The notes below the pieces were generated by a model that saw only the letters and a list, made by a program, of their open reading frames with translations, was not told the origin of the DNA and did no database searches. A stretch of DNA of 64,000 nucleotides from an uncultured Clostridia bacterium (GTDB lineage Bacteria; Bacillota; Clostridia; TANB77; CAG-508). The DNA lies in contig CALYAK010000002.1 in NCBI GenBank assembly GCA_944393505.1, positions 37,888-101,887 on the forward strand, in the 5' to 3' direction. Below are positions 9,987 to 20,076 of this stretch, one piece after another. Numbering within the stretch: position 1 is the first letter of the stretch; each line of letters starts with the position of its first letter. Made by a program: the position numbers and the translations under genes.

Positions 9987-11654
9987 CTATTTCTCATTTT
10001 TTTCAAAGTGTTTTTCTTCTTTTTTGAATTTTGAAAACTTTACGAAAAAGATGAATTCTCCATTTTCTTTCACTCGAATCTCTTCCATTAATTCTAGAAT
10101 CAGTTCTCTTGACAATTCTGAAATGATTTCTGTTTCCTGAAACTTTCGAATCCATTCTTCTTCTTTTTTTTTCTTTTCTTCTTGCTTTTGTTGGAATTCT
10201 TTTCTTTTCTCTATTTGCACTCTTACTTCTTGTTCCATTTTTTCATAGTTTTGTTTATATTGATGATATTCTTCCTTGGTAATATCTCCATTTTTCCAAT
10301 CTTCGTAAAGTTCCTGTTTTCTTTTTTGAAGTTTGAGGATTTCTTTTTGTTTTCGAAACTTTTCATCTTTCGTTTCTTGTTTTGTTTCTTGTTTTTCCTT
10401 TTCTTGTTTGAATCTTTGCCAAAATTCCTGTTTCTGAATTAAGGTTCGAACTTGTTCTTGTAAAACGGCTAGCACGACTTGTTCTAATTCTTTTTCTCGA
10501 ATACGATGGCTTTGACACAGCTGATGTGACTTTTTCTGATAAGTACTGCATAAGTAATAGGTATATACGGTTCCATACCCATTTCTACTTGTTTTTCGAT
10601 GCATTGCTTTCCCGCAATCTGCACATCGGAGAATTCCTGCCCAAATGGATACGGTCTCTTTTCCATTCTGTACCTTTAAATCTTTTTGTGATAATTCTTG
10701 TGCCTTTTGGAAAATCTCTTTAGAGATAACGGAAGGATGGGTATGTTCCACACGAATCCACTTTTCTTCTGGTACATTTTCAATTTTGTGAATTTTATAG
10801 CTCTTTACTCTTCTTTTTCCTTGAATGGTATGTCCAAGATATACCTCATTTTTTAAAATTGTTCGGATTGTAGAAGGAGTCCAAAAAAAACTACAATTTC
10901 CATTGGCATAGGCTTGTTTTTGAATTTTTCTTTTATATGCTGTTGGATTTAAAATTCCCATTTCATTTAAACGATGACAAATCCCAATTTTTCCAACTCC
11001 ATCGAACACATACCAAGAAAAAATCTTTTTTACAATTTCAGCTGCTTCCGGATCAATAATGAGTCGATGCTTATCCAAAGGATCTTTTTGATAACCATAG
11101 GGTGCAAAAGCACCAACAAACTCTCCTTTTCTTTTTCTTCCATCTAAAGAGGAACGAATCTTTAAAGAAGTATCACGACAATATTCATCATTTAACAAAT
11201 TTTTAAATGGAATTAAAATATTATCTGTACTAGCCGGATTTTTCTCATTATCCACTTGATCATTTAAAGCAATAAAACGAATATGAAAGAGTGGAAAAAC
11301 TTGTTCTAAGTAGTTTCCGACTTCAATATAGTTCCTTCCTAAACGAGACAAGTCTTTTACCAAAACACAATTGATTCTACCATCTTTCATATCCTGAAGC
11401 ATTCTTTGAAAACCTGGTCGATTGAAATTTGTACCCGTATATCCATCATCAATATACCAATCTTTTAAAATCAAATCCTTTTGTTTGAAAAGATAGGATT
11501 CTAATAACGCTTTTTGACTGGAAATACTATTACTTTCCAGTTTTTCTTCACTTAAATCTTTGTCCTCTTGAGAAAGACGTATGTAGCAAGCACAAGACCA
11601 TTTTTTTTCTTTCTTTTGTGTCGATTCTTTATTTTTTGATTTTCTCCCAGCCAT
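9987..11654 (-). mobile_element. large serine recombinase (resolvase/integrase family) gene
   Basis: 555 aa. N-terminal resolvase catalytic domain (YIRLSQEDKD with catalytic Ser, DDGYTGTNFNRPGF, VLVKDLSRLGRN), recombinase domain, zinc-ribbon (CADCGKAMHRK...YYLCSTY), and a long C-terminal Lys/Glu coiled-coil. No obvious partner mobile genes adjacent. Confidence 0.85.
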
Positions 11655-11947
11655 TTTCTTTTAACACTTTCGGAATAGATATTGTAGTAAACAATCTTCC
11701 AAGCTTTTTCCCTCTTCGGAAAAAACAATTTGAATCAAATGGTCTTGTACGATCATCTTTTCTACATTTTTTTTCTCAAGTTCTTCTTCCAAATCCTTCA
11801 CTTTTTCTTCCTCCTTTTTCTCTTTCTACCTTATGACAAGCTATTTTGATTTATTCAAAAAAGTGCTTGGAATTTCTCTTTCTTTCCAAAGCAAAAAAGA
11901 GGAATTGTTTGATTCAATTCCTCTCTTCTCTTGATTCTCTTTATTTT

Positions 11948-13486
11948 TTATTCTTGTTCCTTTTCTTCTTTGACTGAAATGGTTTCCAAATCTTTCATCG
12001 CTGGATCATATAAATTCTTACCATCAAAACGATAACGAGATCCATGGCAAGGACAATCCCATGTTTTATCTGCTCCATTCCAGTTTAAGAGACACCCTAA
12101 ATGCGTACATACTGGTTTTACTGCATAAATTTTTCCGTTTTCATCTCGATAAACACCTACTTTTTTCCCTTGTAGCTGAACAATCCCTCCTTCTCCATTG
12201 GCAAGATCTTCGACTCTCAGTTGACTTGGTTTTACTCTTTGTACCACAAGAGATTTTACGGATTGGGCTAAAATGTTTTTTACTTCTTCTCGATTTTCGA
12301 TTGGTTGCATTCGTGTAGCAAGAAATAGATGTTGATGACGATTCTTTTTTTCTAAAATTTCATCCGATACAATACGTGCTGCTAAATTACTGGTCGTCAT
12401 CCCCCATTTATTAAATCCAGTACCAATATATACATTTGGCAAAAGATTGGAAAACTGTCCAATATATGGAAGTTTATCTAAGGTAATACAATCCCTTGTA
12501 CTCCACCAATAACGAATTTCCGCTTCCGGAAATTCTTGTTGCACTTCTTGTTTTAATTGTTCATAAGTCATTTGATCCGTTACTGACTTTCCCGTTTTAT
12601 GACCTGCTCCTCCTAAGATAAGAATTCTTTTTCCATCTGAATCAATCGCACTTCGAAACGAAAATTTGGGTTCTTCCACTTGCAAATACATTCCTGAAAA
12701 AATATCTTTCTTTGGATCAAAAGCAATTACATAAGAAGAAGATTGATACATCTTGAAAAAGTAGAGTCCTGGATATTTGATAAAGGGATAATGGGATGCC
12801 AAAACTACTTTTTTGGCTAATACCTCTCCTTTTTGTGTTTGTATTCGATATCCATCTTTTTCTTTTTTTAAATCATAACAAGTCGTATCTAGGATAATCT
12901 TATTTCCTTTTTCTAAAATATTTTTAGCTAAGCCTCTTAGATAACGAATCGGATGAAATTGTGCTTGATCTTTTACTGTAATCCCTAATTCAATTTCAAA
13001 AGGTAATTCTGTTTTGGTTACCTTTTCAACTTGACTCGTAAATTGTTTCATCGCACGAACTTCTTCTACAATTTTTCGTTTTTCATTTGCACTCTTTGTA
13101 AACATGGTATGATCTTGTCTTTCAAAATCGCAATCAATTTGATAAGCTTGTACAATTCCTTCGATTTCTTGAATAGATTCTTCATTCGCCTCAAAGTATT
13201 CTTTTGCAAAATCGACTCCATATTTTTCAAGCAAATATTGATAAAGCAAACCATGCTGGCTTGTAATCTTTGCAGTGGTATGGCCTGTCGTCATTCTTCC
13301 GATTCCAGATTTGTCTAATACCAAAACATCGGCACCAGCTTCTGTTAAATAATGTGCTGTTGTTATTCCAAACATTCCTGCTCCAATGATAACAATATCG
13401 GTTCGCATTGGATTTCCCATCCAATTGGTTTGGAATCCTTCTTGATTTTCTGTTAGCCAAATTGATTTCATTTTTTCTTCACCCAA
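11948..13486 (-). CDS. FAD-dependent oxidoreductase fused to C-terminal Rieske [2Fe-2S] domain (YhfW-like)
   Basis: N-terminal dinucleotide-binding IVIIGAGMFGITTAHYL. C-terminal Rieske motifs CTHLGC...CPCHGSRY. Confidence 0.75.
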   Translation of the reverse strand: MGEEKMKSIWLTENQEGFQTNWMGNPMRTDIVIIGAGMFGITTAHYLTEAGADVLVLDKSGIGRMTTGHTTAKITSQHGLLYQYLLEKYGVDFAKEYFEANEESIQEIEGIVQAYQIDCDFERQDHTMFTKSANEKRKIVEEVRAMKQFTSQVEKVTKTELPFEIELGITVKDQAQFHPIRYLRGLAKNILEKGNKIILDTTCYDLKKEKDGYRIQTQKGEVLAKKVVLASHYPFIKYPGLYFFKMYQSSSYVIAFDPKKDIFSGMYLQVEEPKFSFRSAIDSDGKRILILGGAGHKTGKSVTDQMTYEQLKQEVQQEFPEAEIRYWWSTRDCITLDKLPYIGQFSNLLPNVYIGTGFNKWGMTTSNLAARIVSDEILEKKNRHQHLFLATRMQPIENREEVKNILAQSVKSLVVQRVKPSQLRVEDLANGEGGIVQLQGKKVGVYRDENGKIYAVKPVCTHLGCLLNWNGADKTWDCPCHGSRYRFDGKNLYDPAMKDLETISVKEEKEQE

Positions 13487-13538
13487 AGTTATTCTTCGAT
13501 TTCTTTGGTTTTTTTATACATTTTTCTGTCAGAATTCA

Positions 13539-13958
13539 TTATTCTTCTTTTAACGTTTCACAATATTTACAACGATATGCTCTTTTTTCAGGATCGGTTA
13601 ATACAAAAACATGCTTCAAATCTTGTTCCGTTGATGTGATGCATCTCGGATTTTTACATTGAATGAGATTCTCGACTTCTTGTGGTAATTGGACATGTCT
13701 TTTTTCCACTCTTTGATTGTCCTTTATGATGTTAATCGTAATATTGGGATCTAAATAACCTAATACGGTTAAGTCCAAATCCATATTTTGATCAATTTTG
13801 ATAATATCCTTTTTCCCCATTTTCTGACTTCTTGCATTGGTTATGATCGCTACCGAACAATCTAAATCTCCCAATTTTAAAGCTTCATAAATTTCCATTC
13901 CTTTTTTTGCTTGAATATGGTCAATTACGATTCCATTTTTAATACTATCAATATTCAT
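13539..13958 (-). CDS. pyrI: aspartate carbamoyltransferase regulatory subunit
   Basis: 139 aa. C-terminal Zn-binding Cys pairs (CKNPRC ... CKYCE). Immediately downstream of pyrB. Confidence 0.9.
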   Translation of the reverse strand: MNIDSIKNGIVIDHIQAKKGMEIYEALKLGDLDCSVAIITNARSQKMGKKDIIKIDQNMDLDLTVLGYLDPNITINIIKDNQRVEKRHVQLPQEVENLIQCKNPRCITSTEQDLKHVFVLTDPEKRAYRCKYCETLKEE

Positions 13959-13967
13959 ACTTCTCTC

Positions 13968-14882
13968 CTATTTTATTTCTAATAATTTTAAAATCAAAGC
14001 CATTCGGATATATTTTCCATATCTTGCTTGCTTAAAATAGCAAGCTCTTGGGTCATCATCCACTTCTGTTGCAATTTCGTTGACTCTTGGTAATGGATGC
14101 ATGATACATAAATCTTTTTTCGCTTTTTCTAATTTGCTTCGGTTTAGGATAAAGTAATCTTTCAAGCGAATATAGTCTTCTTCATTAAAAAATCTTTCCT
14201 TTTGAACTCTTGTCATATACAAGATATCAAGATCACCCATGTACTTTTCCAAATCATTTGTCTCGACATACTCAATTTTGTTTTTTTGTAAGATTTCCTC
14301 TTTGATGTATTCTGGCATTTTTAATTCCTCTGGCGAAATAAAGACAAATTTTATACCAGCATAGCGAGCCATTGCTGTTACAAGAGAATGGACCGTTCTC
14401 CCGAATTTTAAATCTCCACAAATTCCAATGGTAAGATGATCAAAACGTTTTTTCTCGCAAGCAATGGTTAATAAATCGGTTAACGTTTGTGTCGGATGGT
14501 TGTGGCCTCCATCACCTGCATTGATAATCGGCACACTCGATTTCAAAGAAGCGACAAAAGGAGCTCCTTCTTTTGGATGTCTCATTACAATGATATCACT
14601 GTAACACCCAACTACCTGAATCGTATCCGAAACACTTTCTCCCTTTGCTGTTGAACTAGAACCAGCCTCTGAAAATCCTAAAACACTTCCTCCTAATTCC
14701 AACATAGCAGCTTCAAAACTAAGTCTTGTTCTCGTACTTGGCTCAAAAAATAAAGTAGCCAATTTTTTATGCTTACATTTTTCGGAATATTTTTCCGGTG
14801 ACTGCATAATGTCTTTGGCTACTTCAATCAATTCTTTTATTTCGTCTTTTGACAATTCTTTTATATCAATTAGATGCTTCAT
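13968..14882 (-). CDS. pyrB: aspartate carbamoyltransferase catalytic subunit
   Basis: 304 aa. Carbamoyl-phosphate binding STRTR motif ([13 protein letters not shown]) and HPLP motif. Confidence 0.9.
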   Translation of the reverse strand: MKHLIDIKELSKDEIKELIEVAKDIMQSPEKYSEKCKHKKLATLFFEPSTRTRLSFEAAMLELGGSVLGFSEAGSSSTAKGESVSDTIQVVGCYSDIIVMRHPKEGAPFVASLKSSVPIINAGDGGHNHPTQTLTDLLTIACEKKRFDHLTIGICGDLKFGRTVHSLVTAMARYAGIKFVFISPEELKMPEYIKEEILQKNKIEYVETNDLEKYMGDLDILYMTRVQKERFFNEEDYIRLKDYFILNRSKLEKAKKDLCIMHPLPRVNEIATEVDDDPRACYFKQARYGKYIRMALILKLLEIK

Positions 14883-14968
14883 AATTCCTCCTTCGTTTTT
14901 TCATTTTTTTATCAAAGATCTAAAAGAAAGTCAAGATGTTTTAATGTTTTCTTTCCAGTTTTTCTTTT

Positions 14969-15010
14969 TCATAAGAAAAAAAACACCGCAACTATTTTGA
15001 AGTGTTTTTT
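14969..15010 (-). terminator. weak AT-rich hairpin with T-tract downstream of the zeta-like gene
   Basis: aaaaaacac-cgcaactattttgaa-gtgtttttt; the stem is mostly A:T, so low stability. Confidence 0.2.
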
Positions 15011-15020
15011 CTCGTCTTTT

Positions 15021-16076
15021 CTATCTTGATTCTCCTAGTCCTTTCAATCTTTTAACAAAATATAGCTCATACTTTTCATTGATCATTTCTAATTGCCTTT
15101 GTTCTTCTGGTAAAGCTTCTCTTTGCTTCATACGTCCTTTGACCTCTTGATAATCTTGCTCAAATTTTCTAGTCATGACATATTCAAAATTAGATCTTTC
15201 TCTCTCTTTTTGAAGAACTCTCTTGCTCTCTTCGGAAGCACCTTCTTCCGTACTAACTCTTTCTGGTAAGTAATCAATTCCTTTTCCTCTCACATAGATC
15301 TCAATTTTGCTTCCTTCCACTTTTCCTGCCTCTTCTAATGACTTTTCTAAAGCTTGATAAGATTCTTCATGTCTTTTAAGATCCGTTAATTTTGCACCTG
15401 GTTTTTTCTTTTCTAAGTCATCTTCGTATCGTTTATGAATAGCTAATCCACTTACGAGATCTCCCACTGCTAAAAATTGAAAATGAATCTCATATCCATT
15501 TCGTTTTAGTTGTTCTAAGTCCACTCCTACCATTCCTTGTTGTAGGGATGGTGCTACTTCAATTAAAATGTTATAGGCATTTTCAACAGCGAAAGTAACA
15601 ATATTACGAGCATGGTCATAGCAATCAATTCCTGTTAAAGCTCCAAAATGAACTGGATCCTCCCTACGAATTTGTTCTGCATCAGCTCGAAATTTTTTGT
15701 ATTCATCTGAATTAATCACAACTGTATTGGTATCTTGTCTTAACGTTTTTTCTCTTAATTTTGTTTTTCCAGCACCAGTTTGTGCTAAAAGTACATATGC
15801 TTTTCCTTCTTGTTCTGGATATCTACCAGCAAAAACATCTGCAGCAATTCGAAAATAGGTCTTTAAATATTCTTCATCACTTAATCGATAGTCCAGCATT
15901 TTTCTTCCAAGTTCATAACTGATATTAGCAGATATAACAGGATCTGCTCTTCTTGTCGCATAATGTAACAACCTACTCGGATCTGCTGGAAGTGTTGCGA
16001 TAAAATCTGGACTTAATTCTCCTAATACCCTTTCTAGTGTTTCTTCTGATATTCCCCTTAATTTCTTGTCATCCAT
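15021..16076 (-). CDS. zeta-toxin family P-loop kinase (UNAG-kinase-like toxin), copy 2
   Basis: 351 aa. Walker A LLAQTGAGKTKL followed by VINSDEYK, equivalent to zeta GQPGxGKT / IDGDSFR. Shares an RLSDEEYLKT block with copy 1. Noticeably higher GC than its neighbours. Confidence 0.65.
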   Translation of the reverse strand: MDDKKLRGISEETLERVLGELSPDFIATLPADPSRLLHYATRRADPVISANISYELGRKMLDYRLSDEEYLKTYFRIAADVFAGRYPEQEGKAYVLLAQTGAGKTKLREKTLRQDTNTVVINSDEYKKFRADAEQIRREDPVHFGALTGIDCYDHARNIVTFAVENAYNILIEVAPSLQQGMVGVDLEQLKRNGYEIHFQFLAVGDLVSGLAIHKRYEDDLEKKKPGAKLTDLKRHEESYQALEKSLEEAGKVEGSKIEIYVRGKGIDYLPERVSTEEGASEESKRVLQKERERSNFEYVMTRKFEQDYQEVKGRMKQREALPEEQRQLEMINEKYELYFVKRLKGLGESR

Positions 16077-16303
16077 TATAATATTCCTTCTTCTTTCTTT
16101 AAAATTACTTTCTCGATGATTTCTTGATTTCCCAAATATACCTGTTCTCTCACTTTTTGTAAAACATCAATCTTTTCTGCAAATTCTTTGCTTTTTGCTT
16201 GATCTTTTTCAACAGAAAAAACATTCATTAATTGGCTAATTCGGTCATTGACAATTTCCAAAGCTAAGTTAATTTCTTCACTTCTCATTTTTTTCTCCTT
16301 CAC
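16076..16303 (-). CDS. small helical protein, putative epsilon-like antitoxin for the downstream zeta-like gene
   Basis: 75 aa. Stop overlaps the start of the zeta-like gene (ATGA-type coupling). Paralogous to the 70-aa ORF at 17281..17493 (LALEIV/VALEII, VYLGN/AYQGN). Confidence 0.35.
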   Translation of the reverse strand: MKEKKMRSEEINLALEIVNDRISQLMNVFSVEKDQAKSKEFAEKIDVLQKVREQVYLGNQEIIEKVILKKEEGIL

Positions 16304-17279
16304 ATAGATTGATCAATTGTTCTTTTTGCTCTTTTGGTGCATTTCTAGCATCCATTTGTCTTTGGATTAATTGATATCGTTCTCCTAATTCACTTACTGT
16401 GATTTGATTATCTTCTTTTCTTGCAGCAGCAATAGCATCCACTGCAGATGCATATTTTTTATCTGGATAAATGCGAATTGGCTCAAAATTATTTTCTTTC
16501 CTACCCCTTGTATATACCTGGACTTCAAATCGATCTTGGATCTGTCTAATATTTTCCTCTAATGCTTCATAGGATTCATCATGTCTTTTGCGGTCCGTTA
16601 GTTTCGCTGTTTTTAATCCATGGATAATTTGAAGTTCATATCGTTCATGCACAGAAAGCGCACTGTTTAGCTTTCCTACTGCTAAAACATGAACTTGAAT
16701 TTGATATCCATTTTTTAATAAATCTTCGCTATCTTTTCCGAACAATCCTTTTGTCATAGAAGGAGCTGATTCCTTGATAATGTTATAGCGGTGCTCTCGC
16801 GCATATTGGTAAATGTTATCGGCATGATCATAAGCATCTGGTCCTGTTAAGAAAGGATAAAGGACTTGCTCCTTGCTTGCAATTTCTTGCGCATCATAGC
16901 GAAAATGTTTGTATTTATCGGAATCGACAAATATACAGTTATTATTTTCTCTTAAAAGCTTTGCCGTCAAATTACTTTTCCCACTTCCTGTTTGAGCTGC
17001 AACAATCGTCATTTTTGGCTTGTCCACCGGCTTTTTTTGATAAAATGTAATTGCCATTACATCATAGAATGTTTTTAAATATTCTTCATCACTCAAACGG
17101 TGAGCAATCATTTTTTGTTTGACTTCATCCGGTATTCCTTTTGAAAATTGTACTTCTTTCACTCTTTTGGCATATTTTCTCAAGTTTTCTGGTCGATCTG
17201 GTAACATTTGAATAATAGCTTCTGGAATATCTTTTCGGATTTTTTCATAAACTTCTTGGGATATTTCTCTTTTTTCCAT
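16278..17279 (-). CDS. zeta-toxin family P-loop kinase, copy 1
   Basis: 333 aa. Walker A VAAQTGSGKSNL, then FVDSDKYK, DAYDHADN, and a C-terminal helical region. N-terminal ~95-aa extension before the P-loop. Confidence 0.65.
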   Translation of the reverse strand: MEKREISQEVYEKIRKDIPEAIIQMLPDRPENLRKYAKRVKEVQFSKGIPDEVKQKMIAHRLSDEEYLKTFYDVMAITFYQKKPVDKPKMTIVAAQTGSGKSNLTAKLLRENNNCIFVDSDKYKHFRYDAQEIASKEQVLYPFLTGPDAYDHADNIYQYAREHRYNIIKESAPSMTKGLFGKDSEDLLKNGYQIQVHVLAVGKLNSALSVHERYELQIIHGLKTAKLTDRKRHDESYEALEENIRQIQDRFEVQVYTRGRKENNFEPIRIYPDKKYASAVDAIAAARKEDNQITVSELGERYQLIQRQMDARNAPKEQKEQLINLCEGEKNEK

Positions 17280-17280
17280 C

Positions 17281-17493
17281 TTATTTCGTTTCTTCTTTCT
17301 TTTCTAATATTGCTTGAATTACTTTTCGATTTCCTTGATAAGCTTCTTCCTGCATTTTCATCATTTCTTCTAATTCGATCTCTCGTTGTTTTTTTTGCTT
17401 TTCACTGGTTGCTCCTTTTAAATCTGAAATCTTTTGTGCAATTCTAGCCATGATGATTTCTAATGCAACTTCTAATTCTACATGCTCTTGCAT
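17281..17493 (-). CDS. small helical protein, putative epsilon-like antitoxin
   Basis: 70 aa, ends 2 nt before the zeta-like copy 1 start. Paralogous to 16076..16303. Confidence 0.35.
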   Translation of the reverse strand: MQEHVELEVALEIIMARIAQKISDLKGATSEKQKKQREIELEEMMKMQEEAYQGNRKVIQAILEKKEETK

Positions 17494-17551
17494 CTTTTTC
17501 TCCCTTATTTCTTCTTTTCTCTTCTCCTATCTTATCATAGACAGAACAGAA

Positions 17552-19450
17552 CTACAAGTCTTTTTCTTTTCTTACCCTTTTCTCATCTTTCTGTGTTCCT
17601 AAAATACACCCATCACCTCCTTGGTGTCCCCCCTCTCCTGTCGGATTGTATAGAACAATGAGAATGACAATCTGTGGATCTTCCACTGGTGCAACTCCCA
17701 TAAAGGATGTCACATATTTATTGGTATTAACACCATCTTCTGAAGTTCCGGTTTTTCCTCCGATCGAATATCCTTTCACTTGTGCATTTTTTCCGGTTCC
17801 TTCTGCCACAACGCTCTCCATCATACTTAAAATATTTTTCGATGTTTCTTCTCCAATAACACGATCTTTTTTGACAACTTCGATTTCTCTTCTTTCTCCT
17901 GTTTCCGAATCAACAATTGCTTTTACAATTCTTGGTTGGACATAAGTTCCTCCATTGGCAATTGTCGAAACAGCAGTTACCATTTGAATTGGTGTTACCT
18001 CAAAACGTTGCCCAAATGAAATCGTTGCAAGTTCCACTGGTCCCACTTTGGATTCTTTCAAAAAAATACTATTTGCTTCTCCTGGTAAGTCAACCTTTGT
18101 TTTTTCTAATAGTCCAAATTTCCTCAAATATTCATAATATTTGGTCACTCCTATTTTTTGCCCAAGACCAATAAAAACTGGATTACAAGAATTCATTAAT
18201 GCCTGTCGCAAACTTTCCGATCCATGTGGTCGATAATATCGCCAACATTTAATTCTTACTCCTGCAATTTCAATTCCTCCCGTACAACAGAATTCTCCTT
18301 CTTTATCCGTCGTTGTAATTCCTTCTTCTAAAGCTGCAGAAGCTGTGATCAATTTAAAAGTGGATCCTGGTTCATATGTATCCGCAATCGCTTTATTTCT
18401 CCAAGCTTGTTGAAGTGCTTTGGTTCGATCGGATTGCGACATAGATTCCCAAGCATTTTTTAATTCTTCCGTATTCGGTTCATATGGTTCATTTAAGTTA
18501 TATGACGGATAACTCGCTAACGCTAAAATATCGCCATTTTTTGGATTCATAATCACAATATTTCCACCATCTGTGCAAACATTGTCAATACAAGCTTCTT
18601 CTAAATACTTTTCTGCAATTCCTTGAATGGTCGCATCAATGGTTAAAATTAAGTCATTTCCATCTTTTGCATCTGTATATTCTTCGACAGAGTCTGCGAT
18701 ATCTTTTCCTTTCGCATCCGTTATTTTCGTGATCTTTCCACTGGATCCTTTTAATTCTTCATCATATTTTGCTTCAATTCCTTCTAGCCCTTGATTATCA
18801 CTTCCGCAAAAACCAATCACTTGAGCAGCTAATTGATTATGTGGATAATATCGTTTCATATCTTCATCAATATTAATTCCAGATGTAATTTGATTTTCTT
18901 GCATCCAAACTCTTAATTGATTCGTTTTTTCTTTTTCTACCTTTCGAGCTATCGTTTCAATGGAGCTATGTTTATTCACACGTTTATATACCGTATCATA
19001 GTCCACCTCTAAAATTTCAGATAATGCTTTAGATACCTTTTCTTTATCTTCTTTTGCAATATTGGTAGGATTTACCGTTACCATTTCAACAGTAGCACTT
19101 GCCGCCAAAATCTCAGTTCCAGTCGCATCGTAAATGGTGCCTCTTTTCGGGCTAATTTTTCTTGCTAGACTCTGCTGCATATATGCCATTTCAGCATATT
19201 CTGGGCCTTTGATTAATTGTAAATACGCCATTCGTCCAATTAGAGCCATCAGCAATAATAGAACAAAGAGCAAAAGAAAACGAAGGACTTTTTTTCGGGT
19301 AATATCGCCAAATTTTTTTTCAGGCTTTTCCATTTTTTCTTGCGATACCTTCCATTTCCTTCGTTTTCTTTTTCTTTCTTTTGGAATATTAATCTCTTTT
19401 TGCAGCTTTTGCATTTTTTTCAAGCTATCTTTTTTCGTCTTTTTTTTCAC
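17552..19450 (-). CDS. class B penicillin-binding protein (transpeptidase) of the dcw cluster
   Basis: 632 aa. Lys-rich N-terminal tail, TM, PBP dimerisation domain, transpeptidase motifs STFK (GSTFKLITASAAL), SCN (MNSCNP), KTGT (GGKTGTSE). Confidence 0.85.
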   Translation of the reverse strand: MKKKTKKDSLKKMQKLQKEINIPKERKRKRRKWKVSQEKMEKPEKKFGDITRKKVLRFLLLFVLLLLMALIGRMAYLQLIKGPEYAEMAYMQQSLARKISPKRGTIYDATGTEILAASATVEMVTVNPTNIAKEDKEKVSKALSEILEVDYDTVYKRVNKHSSIETIARKVEKEKTNQLRVWMQENQITSGINIDEDMKRYYPHNQLAAQVIGFCGSDNQGLEGIEAKYDEELKGSSGKITKITDAKGKDIADSVEEYTDAKDGNDLILTIDATIQGIAEKYLEEACIDNVCTDGGNIVIMNPKNGDILALASYPSYNLNEPYEPNTEELKNAWESMSQSDRTKALQQAWRNKAIADTYEPGSTFKLITASAALEEGITTTDKEGEFCCTGGIEIAGVRIKCWRYYRPHGSESLRQALMNSCNPVFIGLGQKIGVTKYYEYLRKFGLLEKTKVDLPGEANSIFLKESKVGPVELATISFGQRFEVTPIQMVTAVSTIANGGTYVQPRIVKAIVDSETGERREIEVVKKDRVIGEETSKNILSMMESVVAEGTGKNAQVKGYSIGGKTGTSEDGVNTNKYVTSFMGVAPVEDPQIVILIVLYNPTGEGGHQGGDGCILGTQKDEKRVRKEKDL

Positions 19451-19542
19451 GATTCATCCTCTCCCACCTTATGTTGTTTCTCTTCTATCCTATTCAAAAG
19501 GCAACAAAAAAGACTAAAATATTGATAACTTATTTTAGTCTT

Positions 19543-20061
19543 TTAGAATAAATCTTTGAAATATTCTTTTAATTGATCTAAGAAGGTCTTATCTTCTTCC
19601 ATGATAATTTCTTCGGATGCTGCTTCAATATAGTCCTTCTTCGGTAAACTTACATAAACTTTCTGACTGTTATTTAATTTCTGCATACCAAGTTTTTCTT
19701 TTGCTGCTTGCTCAATTGTTGCTAAGTTTAAATTGTTTTCAATATTCACTTGCAATTGCTCATTTTCTTTTTGTAAAACAGCAAGTTCTTGTTTTAACGA
19801 TTCCTTTGCATTGAAACTTTCATTAATCAAAGAGTTACGGTAACTAATGACACATAGAATTGCAAAGCCAAGAAGAATATAGATCACCATCTTTGCTTCT
19901 GTTTTTAATTTTCTTTTTTCTTGCTTTTTAGGAGCCTGTTTTTGTGTTACAGTTTTTTGTATCTTTTTCTTCGCTTGTTTTCTCTTTTTCGGTTCATATT
20001 CTGGCTGCAATTTTCTTGGGCTCGTCTCATATTGATACCCACCATATGCCACTTGAATCAC
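19543..20061 (-). CDS. ftsL: cell division protein FtsL/DivIC-like
   Basis: 172 aa. Lys-rich cytoplasmic N-terminus, single TM (MVIYILLGFAILCVI), periplasmic coiled-coil (LKQELAVLQKENEQLQVNIE). Position between rsmH and pbp. Confidence 0.55.
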   Translation of the reverse strand: MIQVAYGGYQYETSPRKLQPEYEPKKRKQAKKKIQKTVTQKQAPKKQEKRKLKTEAKMVIYILLGFAILCVISYRNSLINESFNAKESLKQELAVLQKENEQLQVNIENNLNLATIEQAAKEKLGMQKLNNSQKVYVSLPKKDYIEAASEEIIMEEDKTFLDQLKEYFKDLF

Positions 20062-20076
20062 CTCTTTTCTCTTTGA

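Noticed and set aside
9929-10006. 190-aa version of hydC with MKKMRNRLYKFFFNNIMKKKREKGDI N-terminal extension overlapping the recombinase gene
   Set aside because: An internal ATG (MCDCVEKR) has a strong AAAGGAG RBS at ideal spacing and gives a typical 164-aa NuoE-like protein. The extension is low-complexity and would overlap the upstream gene.
14883-15020. PyrR-type attenuator (binding loop) upstream of pyrB
   Set aside because: No match to the conserved PyrR RNA motif (UCCAGAGAGGCU-like) was seen in the leader. Only a weak AT-rich hairpin is present.
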